Source of the DNA: Patescibacteria group bacterium UBA1400
GTDB lineage: Bacteria; Patescibacteriota; Microgenomatia; UBA1400
Reading direction: 5' to 3'
DNA: 43,536 nucleotides
NCBI GenBank assembly: GCA_002305125.1
Contig: DBQG01000001.1
Location: 1-43,536 of the forward strand
Part shown: one piece after another, positions 1 to 8,507 of the stretch
Layout: each line of letters opens with the position of its first letter
Numbering within the stretch: the stretch's first letter is position 1
Program-made: the position numbers and the translations under genes
The notes under the pieces: model-generated
The model's input: the letters and a program-made list of their open reading frames with translations, nothing else
Told to the model about the DNA's origin: nothing
Databases searched by the model: none

Positions 1-1650
1 TGCCTGAGCAATACGAAAAGCCAGCCCTGACCATTTTTCTTTAACTTCGTCGTCCATTGCACTCATAGCCATTTCTCTCCGCCAACCGCTTTGAGTAAAT
101 GGTCCTCCTGCCATATTAAAATTAACCACATCAATAAGTCTTAAATTTAATGGATCAACTTTACCCCCCTGTTCAAATAGTTTTTGAATTTGTTTACGAC
201 TGGAAAAAGGCAATGCCTTTCCCTCAGTGACCATAAACATTAAAAAGTTGGCTGCTTCATCACCATCCTGATATTTTTCTAAAAAATGTTCAAAAGCATC
301 TAGGGGTCTGACAAAATCCTCATAAGCAGGAGAAACAACGCCGGGAAAATTAGGATCCTGAGGAAGTCTGCCTCTGGCTACCATTTCCGGCATTCTTAAA
401 ATCAGCATTTCATAGCCTTTACCAATGCTCATTGCTCTTCTAACTCTTTGCTCTGACCACTCCTTTTTAAACTGCTCATCATCCAGTCCATATTTTGCTT
501 TTATCACTTTTTCCATTCTGCCTCTTACCCACTCATCCACATCGCTTTCTCTATCATGAGCGCCGTACAATACGCTTTCTGAAGGAATCCAGTTTCCATT
601 TCTTGACCTTATGGTAGTCATACCAACTTCATAAAGTCTGGCCGCCAGCTCCACTTCTTCTTCTTTAAAAAGCTGATCAAAAAGATCGGGAGTAAACCTT
701 TCCATCATGTGTTCAAACTCTTCAGGCTTGGCCGCTCCATGCTCTACTGCAGCCAGTCCGTCATGAACCATCTTTCTCATTTTTAATCTAGCACTATACT
801 CGTTTCTTATTTTCTGTCCTTCCTGACCAGGAATAGCTGTCAGCTGTAGCATAAATTCTGCTGCCTTATTTAACTGATCCATACCCATGTTTCTTAAAGC
901 GTCTGAAGAGAATTCGCTAGGAAAAGCATCAACAATTGCAAAATATTCTTCAAATACCTGTTCTCTAAAATCTCTACCTGTTGCACCAATATCTTTTATT
1001 AAAGATTTTTCCCTATCAGAAAAAAATTCATATCTACTTTTTCTAGATTGCTCTTCCTGGCTTAGCATCCTATCCGCTTCAGCCTCTGTCAGTCCTTGAT
1101 TATCCATTAGCATTTGCTTTTTAATCTGCCTAAAGGCTGCTTCTTCTTCTGGAGTTCTTACTTTTCCAACATCTCCCTTAGTAAGTAAAATTCTATCTAG
1201 TTCATTTTTTTTCTCTGATAGAGTGGTTGTTAATCTGTGCCTGGCAATTTCATCAAGTTTCCAATCAAAATCTTTGGGCTGAGCCTCAACTTGCCTAGTT
1301 AGCCTTTCGCTGGCTCTAGCTAGTGCCACTCTAGCCTGGGCTTTTTTGTCTCCTAAATCCTCAGAAGAAGCTTTTCTCAACTCCTCCAGCGCATCTTCTA
1401 CCTGCTGATCAATACTTCTCCTTATCTCTTCTGTTTGTTTGCCATAATCTGTTTGTAAAAATCTTTCAACTCTTTCGTTTCTTTCTTTAAGAGACTCCTG
1501 AAGTTGTTTTTTTTCCTCTGCAGTAAGTTCTCTTTCTCCCTGTTTGTCGGTTAGATTTCTTATTTTTTCTAAAAGCTGATGAAAAGAAGCAAGCAAAGCA
1601 CTAAAGCCCTTTTTTTCTTTTTTAGAGTTTTCTGTCTCTCTCTCAGTCAT
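1..1650 (-). CDS. Large charged, helical hypothetical protein (3' end runs off the window; at least 550 aa)
   Basis: Not in the ORF track because there is no stop in the window. ATG at 1650, read as MTERETENSKKEKKGFSALL...AMDDEVKEKWSGLAFRIAQA, open to position 1. Preceded by TTGGCC-17-TATAAT-7nt-ATG. No recognisable motif. Confidence 0.8.
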   Translation of the reverse strand, partial: MTERETENSKKEKKGFSALLASFHQLLEKIRNLTDKQGERELTAEEKKQLQESLKERNERVERFLQTDYGKQTEEIRRSIDQQVEDALEELRKASSEDLGDKKAQARVALARASERLTRQVEAQPKDFDWKLDEIARHRLTTTLSEKKNELDRILLTKGDVGKVRTPEEEAAFRQIKKQMLMDNQGLTEAEADRMLSQEEQSRKSRYEFFSDREKSLIKDIGATGRDFREQVFEEYFAIVDAFPSEFSSDALRNMGMDQLNKAAEFMLQLTAIPGQEGQKIRNEYSARLKMRKMVHDGLAAVEHGAAKPEEFEHMMERFTPDLFDQLFKEEEVELAARLYEVGMTTIRSRNGNWIPSESVLYGAHDRESDVDEWVRGRMEKVIKAKYGLDDEQFKKEWSEQRVRRAMSIGKGYEMLILRMPEMVARGRLPQDPNFPGVVSPAYEDFVRPLDAFEHFLEKYQDGDEAANFLMFMVTEGKALPFSSRKQIQKLFEQGGKVDPLNLRLIDVVNFNMAGGPFTQSGWRREMAMSAMDDEVKEKWSGLAFRIAQA

Positions 1651-2068
1651 TGTTTTTATTATACATTTTTACTAAATTTTGGCCAATTAATTTAGACCTG
1701 TTTATGTCTTTTCTAATTTGCTCTTGAAGTTCTTTTTTTGTTTTAAAAACCATTACAGGCCTTAAAAAGGCCAGAAGCTGAAAAAATATTTTTTCTCCCA
1801 ATTCAACCTCATCTTTCAGATTAAAAATAAATATTTCTGCTACCAGCTCTTTTTCTTTGAAAACGGGCCGTGGGCCATAATAAAGCAATCCTGTTTTCAT
1901 CTCCTTGCCTAATTTAACTCTACACAGAAAAACTCCATTTTTAAAAGGAAAGTTTTCTTTTAAGTTTATAGTCGGAAAGCCTAGTTTTTTTCCCCTTCCT
2001 TTCCCCTTAACCGCTGTTCCAAAAAACCATTTATCTGTTACAATATTTTTAATGTTTATCGCTGCCAT
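1643..2068 (-). CDS. ribF: Monofunctional riboflavin kinase (RibF C-terminal domain only)
   Basis: Motifs VKGKGRGKKLGFPTINL, GVF, G-x-RP-x-F, E-x-x-IF, FLRPVMVF...ELQEQIRKD. No FAD-synthetase domain. Start moved to ATG 2068, which has AAGGA and TATAAT upstream. Confidence 0.85.
   Translation of the reverse strand: MAAINIKNIVTDKWFFGTAVKGKGRGKKLGFPTINLKENFPFKNGVFLCRVKLGKEMKTGLLYYGPRPVFKEKELVAEIFIFNLKDEVELGEKIFFQLLAFLRPVMVFKTKKELQEQIRKDINRSKLIGQNLVKMYNKNND
1651..1686 (-). promoter_or_regulatory. Sigma70-type promoter for a leaderless transcript of the 1..1650 gene
   Basis: Minus strand reads TTGGCC (1686-1681), 17 nt, TATAAT (1663-1658), 7 nt, ATG (1650). Confidence 0.65.
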
Positions 2069-2765
2069 AATTTTCCTTACCTTAACTATTATAATTTTTT
2101 TTACTTCACAGGGTTTGATTAAAAATCTTTTTAAAAACTTTTTTCTTTTAACTAAAAACAAATTAGCTGCTATTCAGATTATAACCTGGTTTTTGCTTCC
2201 AGGAACAGTAATCCATGAACTTTCTCACATGTTGGTGGCAGAAATTTTGGGCGTCAGAACCGGAGCATTCAGTTTTATCCCTGAACAAATAGATGAAACG
2301 AGGTTTAAGGTCGGCAGTCTTAAAATAAATAAAACTGATCCTTTCCGCTATACCCTTATAGGATTGGCTCCTCTTTTGTTGGGTCTTATTATTGTTTTTG
2401 CTGTTTTTAAATTTGGTCTTGAGTCTTTTTTTAGAAATCCTTCAAGCTTTTTTTCTCTTCATGTTTATCTTAAAATCTTTTATCTTTTTTTGACTTATTT
2501 GCTTTTTACTGTTATCAACACCATGTTTTCTTCCCAAAAAGACCTAGAAGCAGTCCTAATTCCCCTGGTCTTTTTTTTGATTTTACTTACTAGCCTTTGG
2601 CTTGCCAGGTTTGAATTGTCTTTTTCCCATCAAACTTTAAACCTAATGGCCGACATTATTGCTGATTTTAACAAAGCTTTATTTCTGGGGCTGATTCTAA
2701 ACCTACTGGTCTTAGGATTAACCAAGCTGATAAATTTTGTTATCATAAAAATATATGGCCACTAA
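2052..2765 (+). CDS. M50-like HExxH membrane zinc metallopeptidase
   Basis: PGTVIHELSH, GLAP and SQKD motifs with several hydrophobic segments. Start moved to ATG 2052, which lies 7 nt after TGTTACAAT. Confidence 0.7.
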   Translation: MFIAAIIFLTLTIIIFFTSQGLIKNLFKNFFLLTKNKLAAIQIITWFLLPGTVIHELSHMLVAEILGVRTGAFSFIPEQIDETRFKVGSLKINKTDPFRYTLIGLAPLLLGLIIVFAVFKFGLESFFRNPSSFFSLHVYLKIFYLFLTYLLFTVINTMFSSQKDLEAVLIPLVFFLILLTSLWLARFELSFSHQTLNLMADIIADFNKALFLGLILNLLVLGLTKLINFVIIKIYGH

Positions 2766-5700
2766 AAAAACCTTTGCCCAACTCCTTAACCAGCAGGGTG
2801 TTCCTTTGGTCAAAACAATTGTTTATCAGCTAAATGATCCCAAAAAAGAGTTTTTTGTTTTTAACGGTGAAAAAATCACAAAACAAGAAGCAGAAAATGC
2901 TTTAAGAGGATGGGCCAATGCTAATTATCCCGAGATATTTCCAAGAACTTATTTTTTAACTGAAGACTATTCTCTGCCTGTTTTCCTAAGTTCTCTTTTA
3001 AAAGAAATTCAAGCTGCTCAACCAGAACAAAGCCTGCCTGCTATTGATAAATTGGCTGCCTGGCAAAAAGCCCTGGAAGAAGATGAACAGTGGAGAGATA
3101 CCTTAGCCTATGCCAGCTCTCATGACCTTGATTATCTGTCTCAGCTTGATTTGGAAAACCAGCTTAAATTAATCAATCAAGTACAACAACAAACTAAAGC
3201 CCAGGTTCAGGTAAGCCAATCTGACCGTCTAAACAAACTACAGACTCATTGGCAAACTTATCTTCCAAATGAACAACAAGAAGAAATCTTGTCTTCTATT
3301 GTAGAACATGTTACTCAAGAGGTTGTTAATGCTCAACAAGAAATAGAGCATCAAAGCTTGCAAGAACCTGAAACTAGTAAACAAGAAAGAAACTCTGTTG
3401 TTTTTAACCAAGATTTTTTTCAATTATCCTTACAGGGTTTGTGCGAACAAGACCAAGAGATTGCTGCCGCCCTACCCGTTAGTGAAAGAAGAAAATTAGC
3501 AGCTGTTTTAGCTGAAAGTAGCCTAACTACTACTGATCCTAAAACCCTAACAAAAGCTCACCGTGCTTTAAATGAGGCGGCTATAAGGCTTGATCTTAAC
3601 AGGGAGGGAGTAATTACTGCTGTGGGAAATACTCTTGGTTTAGAAGAAAGAAAGGCTCAGGAATATGTTAATTTGCTTGAAGCCAATCTTCCCTCCAATC
3701 CTTCCCCAACCACTAGACAGACTTTAAAGGCAATGGAAACAAGCTTAAACGACCTTGATGTTTTAACCAATGCCTCCCTGGTTGCTTCAGAAACCGATCT
3801 TTTAGCCGCTCAAAGACAACTAGCTCCTTTAATTAAGAACTACTATCGGGCCCTACCTTTAGCTCAGGTCGAGGGTTGGCAAAATATGCCTGTTTCTAAG
3901 CAGGCGCGCTTATGGAGTAAAAGAATTAGCAAATTAGCCAAAGAAAACGGCTGGAAAAATCTGCAAAATTTAGATCCTGTTGTTGTTGAAAACTTGTTAA
4001 GGGGTATTGGTACAAAAAAATTAGAACAAATACTTGAGCAGCAGGGAGAAAAAATTAAGGGTTCCACTGAAGATGAAGAGGTTAAAAAAGCTAAAAATCG
4101 AAAAACTAAACTTCTGCGCCTTTATTTTAAAATTGAAAGTCTAGAAAAACTTCTTAAAGATAAAAATCTTCCCCTTGCTTTTAGACTTAATGTTAGGGGA
4201 GCTGCAATTAAGGCTGCTTTTTTAGAATTTTCAGAAAAGGTTAATCCTTTTAAATTGTCCTTTTACAATTATCATATGCCTGGACCAACCCAGTTTGCCG
4301 TCGGCAAACTTAAAGCTTTTAATAAAAAATGGAACTATCTTAACAGAGAAACTCCGTTGGGTTTTATTTTTGCTCCCTTTTTTAAAATTAGACAGGCTGA
4401 TTATAAATTTTACTCTTGGCGCTGGAAACAATGGGGAAGGTTAGTAGGTAAAATTTCTCTGCCTGGTTCAAGCAAACACAGTTTCCTTTATCAACTTCCT
4501 AATAAGCTTAAACCTTCTCACTGGTTAAGACCTGTTTATTGGGGAAGGATTGGAGCCGGCAAAGCAATGAGCTGGATAGGATCAAAGCTGGGTCAACAAG
4601 CCCTGGGAAAAGCCTTTAGTTTCCTGGGAAAAACATTTTTAAACTACACCTTTAAGGGTATGTTTAAAAAACTTCTGAGCACTGGTTTGGGCCTAGCTTT
4701 AAAAGGGTTAATTGGCGCCGGAACAGGAGGGATTGGCATTGTTATTGGTGTTGCCAGCACGCTTTTAAATTCTCAAAAAATAAAGATGCTTTTAAAAACC
4801 GCTGCCACGGGGGCAGTAATTTTGCTTGGTGCCGCCATCGGCTGGCTGGCCTCTCATATTTTTACTATGGCAGGCATGATTTTAGGAGCTAAGGTGGGTG
4901 GTATTTTAGGCTTCATGGTAGGAGGAACTTTTGGATTTGCCCTTGACAGCCTCATTGCTTCCATGGGAGGAATGCCTGAGGTGGCTGCTGCTGCTGGAAA
5001 AATTGGGGGAAGTGCGGCAGGGTTCTTGCCTGCTGCTGCCTCTTCTTTTGCCACCTCTTCTGTTTTAGGAACAACCATTGTTGTAAGCGGTGGTTCCGCC
5101 CTTATAGGAACCTCTGTTGCTTATGGCCTTATTCAACACAATACTTCTTCTGCCTTTGTTTCTCCTCCAGACATTACTGCAGAAATTGCCCCAGAAAAAA
5201 AACCTTTAATTGTCCAAAAAAGCGCCCTTCCTTCCACTGCTAAACCAGGAGACACTATTACCTACACTATTTCTCTCACTACAGGCACGGGCAACATTAC
5301 GGAAATAAAACTAACCGACGATATTGATCAGCAAAGCTTAACCAACATCCAAGTTAATCCACCGGCCTCCTACAATCCCTCTCAAATTAACGGAGAAATT
5401 GTATTAGAAGGACTTGAATTAACGTCTCCAGGATCTACTATTAATTTTTCTTATACTGTCCAGGTTAAAAATGACATTGATCCGAACACCGTCATTTTTA
5501 ATAAAGCTGTTGTTACGGGTTTACATGAGAATCAAACCATAAGTCAAACCGCAACTTTTTCTTTAAATAGCGATGGATCTGATATTGCCAAACGGGCTAA
5601 AGAAATTACTAACAATTTAGAACGAGGTTTTTGGGACTTTTACAATTATTCACCTGATTATCCCGAACTTTTTGACCAGGTTGAGTTTGCCTGTTGCCCT

Positions 5701-6144
5701 AATCATTGTTATTCTTGCGTTAGCTATCCCGACGTTTGTGAACCCGAAAATTGCAGTGGCAACCCTAGCGACTTACAAAAAGCAGACTCTTTATTTTGGT
5801 GTACTTGGCTGCCGATTAAAGCATATACAGAAACAGGACATTCTATTGGCAAACATTTGGGGGTTGGTTCTTTAAAAAACTGGTTTGAACAACAGGGAAG
5901 ATTTTTGCCCTCCACAACCCGGGTTACCGATCTTAAGCCTGGTTATGTTATTTTTTTTCAAAAACAAAACAGTCAGGGAAGTACCTACTGGGCTCACACC
6001 GGGGTTGTTTGTGAGGTTTATCCAGACGGCATCCAGGTTTGTGAATCTAACAACTATTGTAAATTTTGCGATTATACTGCCTCTCAACAGGGACATGTTC
6101 AGAATAAAGGTAGTTTAATTATAGGAGGGTATGGAACTCCGTGA
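2755..6144 (+). CDS. 1129-aa membrane protein: Gln/Glu-rich helical N-terminus, Gly-rich hydrophobic region, DUF11 Ig-like domain, C-terminal CHAP-like cell-wall hydrolase domain
   Basis: DUF11-like LIVQKSALPSTAKPGDTITYTISLT...FNKAVV. CHAP-like WC1016TW...LKPGYVIFF...AH1081TGVV...CE1097SN. Confidence 0.75.
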   Translation: MATKKTFAQLLNQQGVPLVKTIVYQLNDPKKEFFVFNGEKITKQEAENALRGWANANYPEIFPRTYFLTEDYSLPVFLSSLLKEIQAAQPEQSLPAIDKLAAWQKALEEDEQWRDTLAYASSHDLDYLSQLDLENQLKLINQVQQQTKAQVQVSQSDRLNKLQTHWQTYLPNEQQEEILSSIVEHVTQEVVNAQQEIEHQSLQEPETSKQERNSVVFNQDFFQLSLQGLCEQDQEIAAALPVSERRKLAAVLAESSLTTTDPKTLTKAHRALNEAAIRLDLNREGVITAVGNTLGLEERKAQEYVNLLEANLPSNPSPTTRQTLKAMETSLNDLDVLTNASLVASETDLLAAQRQLAPLIKNYYRALPLAQVEGWQNMPVSKQARLWSKRISKLAKENGWKNLQNLDPVVVENLLRGIGTKKLEQILEQQGEKIKGSTEDEEVKKAKNRKTKLLRLYFKIESLEKLLKDKNLPLAFRLNVRGAAIKAAFLEFSEKVNPFKLSFYNYHMPGPTQFAVGKLKAFNKKWNYLNRETPLGFIFAPFFKIRQADYKFYSWRWKQWGRLVGKISLPGSSKHSFLYQLPNKLKPSHWLRPVYWGRIGAGKAMSWIGSKLGQQALGKAFSFLGKTFLNYTFKGMFKKLLSTGLGLALKGLIGAGTGGIGIVIGVASTLLNSQKIKMLLKTAATGAVILLGAAIGWLASHIFTMAGMILGAKVGGILGFMVGGTFGFALDSLIASMGGMPEVAAAAGKIGGSAAGFLPAAASSFATSSVLGTTIVVSGGSALIGTSVAYGLIQHNTSSAFVSPPDITAEIAPEKKPLIVQKSALPSTAKPGDTITYTISLTTGTGNITEIKLTDDIDQQSLTNIQVNPPASYNPSQINGEIVLEGLELTSPGSTINFSYTVQVKNDIDPNTVIFNKAVVTGLHENQTISQTATFSLNSDGSDIAKRAKEITNNLERGFWDFYNYSPDYPELFDQVEFACCPNHCYSCVSYPDVCEPENCSGNPSDLQKADSLFWCTWLPIKAYTETGHSIGKHLGVGSLKNWFEQQGRFLPSTTRVTDLKPGYVIFFQKQNSQGSTYWAHTGVVCEVYPDGIQVCESNNYCKFCDYTASQQGHVQNKGSLIIGGYGTP

Positions 6145-6635
6145 TAAAAAACTTTCTCAATAAAATAAACATTAAAGTTATTATTTTTGCTTGTTTCCTA
6201 TTTTTAACAACAGTGCTTGTTTTTGCTTATTTTTTAACTAAAAACTCCTCCACTAATCAACCCCTTCCTTCTTTAAATCCAAATCTTAAAACAAAAATAC
6301 CTTCTCAGTCTAAAGCGCAAGAAGATTTTTCCAGGCTTGATAAAGAGATTAAAATAGAGAAGGTGGACCCTCCAAGCATTGGCAACGAACTTAAAAGCAT
6401 TTATCAGCAAAACCCCTGGCTAGAACAACTTCCTTTAAGAACTAAAAGGTATGTTATCTTATATGACTGGGAGCTTAAATCTATAAGAATAAGAATTATT
6501 GTAGATGCTTCTTCCTCTATTTCTTATGATAATCAAATTAAAAGCATAAAAGAAGAGGCCTTAAAAAACTTACAAAAAATAGGCGTAGATATTAATAAGG
6601 TTCCTTTTTATTATGTTGTCTCGCCTTTTAATTAA
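6141..6635 (+). CDS. Single-pass membrane hypothetical protein in the T4SS-like cluster
   Basis: GTG start overlaps the upstream TGA. N-terminal hydrophobic helix followed by a Pro/Ser/Asn linker. Confidence 0.7.
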   Translation: MIKNFLNKINIKVIIFACFLFLTTVLVFAYFLTKNSSTNQPLPSLNPNLKTKIPSQSKAQEDFSRLDKEIKIEKVDPPSIGNELKSIYQQNPWLEQLPLRTKRYVILYDWELKSIRIRIIVDASSSISYDNQIKSIKEEALKNLQKIGVDINKVPFYYVVSPFN

Positions 6636-6703
6636 ACAAGCTATCTAATTTGACCCCATTTGTTATCTTTTCAAGCTTAAAGCTTTCTTGTTATACTTTT
6701 AAT

Positions 6704-7780
6704 ATGAAACAACATCCTGTTCCTCAAAATATTTCTTCTTATCAATTTAGGCTTATAGGAGAAATGACCCTTAAACAATTTTTAGAACTTATTGCTGGCT
6801 TTATTGCTGCCTGGCTTATTTACACTCTTAATGTGCCTGTTTTTATTAAATTTCCATTTATTTTTCTGGCTATTATGGGAGGCGTTGCTTTGGCTTTTCT
6901 TCCCATTGAAGAGCGTCCTTTAGATGTTTGGATCGTTAACTTTTTCAAAGCTGTTTATTCTCCCACTCAATATGTCTGGAAAAAACGCAATCCTATTCCT
7001 CTTGTTTTTCAAAATACAACTTATTATCACCCCCTCTTAAACAAACAAACAAAAGAGCTAAAAAAAGACAGGGGCAAGCTGGAAGAATATTTAAAAACCC
7101 TTCCCTCATCTTCTCTCGTTAAAAGTACAAATAAGATTGAAGAAGACGAAGATGTTAGGTTAAAAAATATTTTTAACCTGCTTGGCCCCTCTCCTTTAGA
7201 CAAAAAAAGAGTTAATGTTCCCGGGGAAGGAAAGGCTGTCATAAAAACAAAAATAAGACAGCTAGCTCCTCAAACAGATATAAAAATTGTCCCTAAACAG
7301 GTTTTTCCAAAAGAAATTGCTGTCCCCGAAGAACAAGTTTTTAAAAAATCTTTGAAAAAAGCCGCCCCCGCCACTGGTCCCATTGTTAAACCGGCTCCCC
7401 GTTTAAATCCACCAATTTTAGTAGATTCAACCAAAGAAGAAAAACTTGATCCGTCTGTGGCTGCTCAATTCTCAACCACTCTTCCTATTCCCCAAACTCC
7501 AGAAACACCTAACCTGGTGGTAGGAATGGTAATAAGCGATTATGACAAAATTATTACTGGAGCCTTAATTGAAATTCTTAATCAAAACAATGAAACCGTG
7601 AGAGCTTTAAAAACAAACAAGCTAGGGCAGTTTTTTTCTGCCTCTCCATTAAACAGCGGTGTTTATCAAATTAAAGTTGAACATCCCGGATGGGAGTTTG
7701 ATATAATCAAACTTAAGGCAGAGGGAAAAATAATTCTTCCCATTAAGATAAAAGCAAAAAATAGAAAAAAAGATCCTTAA
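6704..7780 (+). CDS. PrgI-family (VirB3-like) membrane protein with Pro/Lys-rich linker and C-terminal carboxypeptidase-regulatory-like beta domain
   Basis: HPVPQNISSYQFRLIGEMTLKQF, two TM helices, RPLDVWIVNFFKA, then GALIEI...KTNKLGQF...GVYQIKVE. Start moved to ATG 6704. Confidence 0.8.
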   Translation: MKQHPVPQNISSYQFRLIGEMTLKQFLELIAGFIAAWLIYTLNVPVFIKFPFIFLAIMGGVALAFLPIEERPLDVWIVNFFKAVYSPTQYVWKKRNPIPLVFQNTTYYHPLLNKQTKELKKDRGKLEEYLKTLPSSSLVKSTNKIEEDEDVRLKNIFNLLGPSPLDKKRVNVPGEGKAVIKTKIRQLAPQTDIKIVPKQVFPKEIAVPEEQVFKKSLKKAAPATGPIVKPAPRLNPPILVDSTKEEKLDPSVAAQFSTTLPIPQTPETPNLVVGMVISDYDKIITGALIEILNQNNETVRALKTNKLGQFFSASPLNSGVYQIKVEHPGWEFDIIKLKAEGKIILPIKIKAKNRKKDP

Positions 7781-7781
7781 T

Positions 7782-8501
7782 ATGAATCCTGCCCAAGTTC
7801 CTATTAAAGCCAGCACTCAAGAACATCTAGACCTGGAAGATGTTAAAGATAATGTTGTTATCTTAAAAGATGGGTCGTGCCTGATTGTCTTACAAACCAA
7901 TGCCGTTAACTTTGACCTCTTATCAGAAAATGAACAAGATGCCACTATTTATGCTTATGCTGGTCTTTTAAACTCTCTTTCCTTTCCTATTCAAATTTTT
8001 ATCCGTTCCCGCCAAAAAGATATCTCCTCATATCTCAAACTATTAAAACAGCAAAAACAGAAGCAACAATCAGAAAAATTAAAAGAGCAAATAAGTAAAT
8101 ATCAAGAGTTTGTGGAAAAAATGGTTAAAGAGAATGAGGTTTTAGACAAGAAATTTTATGTTATTATTCCTTTTTCTACTTTTGATCTCGGTGTTTCTCA
8201 AACGGTTAAAAAAAGCGTTATTGGAAAAAAGAACCAACTTCCTTTTCCTAAGGAATATATTTTACAAAAGGCAAAAACAAGCCTGCTTCCCAAAAGGGAT
8301 CACATCATAAAACAATTTACTAGAATTGGTTTAAAAATCTCCCAATTAAACACAAGACAACTTGTAGAACTTTTTTATGATATTTATAATCCAGACTTAA
8401 AGGCTCAAAAATTAAGAGCTGCCGACGAATATTCTAACTTTGTTGTTGAACCAAATATTAAAGATCAAGAAGATAAAAAAGATAAAGAAACCAAGGATTA
8501 A
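7782..8501 (+). CDS. TraC/VirB4 N-terminal-like accessory protein of a monoderm-type T4SS
   Basis: VNFDLLSENEQ...LLNSLSFPIQIFIRSR...KKFYVIIPF. Lies between PrgI and VirB4. Confidence 0.65.
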   Translation: MNPAQVPIKASTQEHLDLEDVKDNVVILKDGSCLIVLQTNAVNFDLLSENEQDATIYAYAGLLNSLSFPIQIFIRSRQKDISSYLKLLKQQKQKQQSEKLKEQISKYQEFVEKMVKENEVLDKKFYVIIPFSTFDLGVSQTVKKSVIGKKNQLPFPKEYILQKAKTSLLPKRDHIIKQFTRIGLKISQLNTRQLVELFYDIYNPDLKAQKLRAADEYSNFVVEPNIKDQEDKKDKETKD

Positions 8502-8507
8502 TTTGTT

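Noticed and set aside
1905..2161. Apparent 257-nt antiparallel coding overlap of ribF and the peptidase
   Set aside because: Artefact of longest-ORF starts. The supported starts (2052 and 2068) overlap by only 17 nt.
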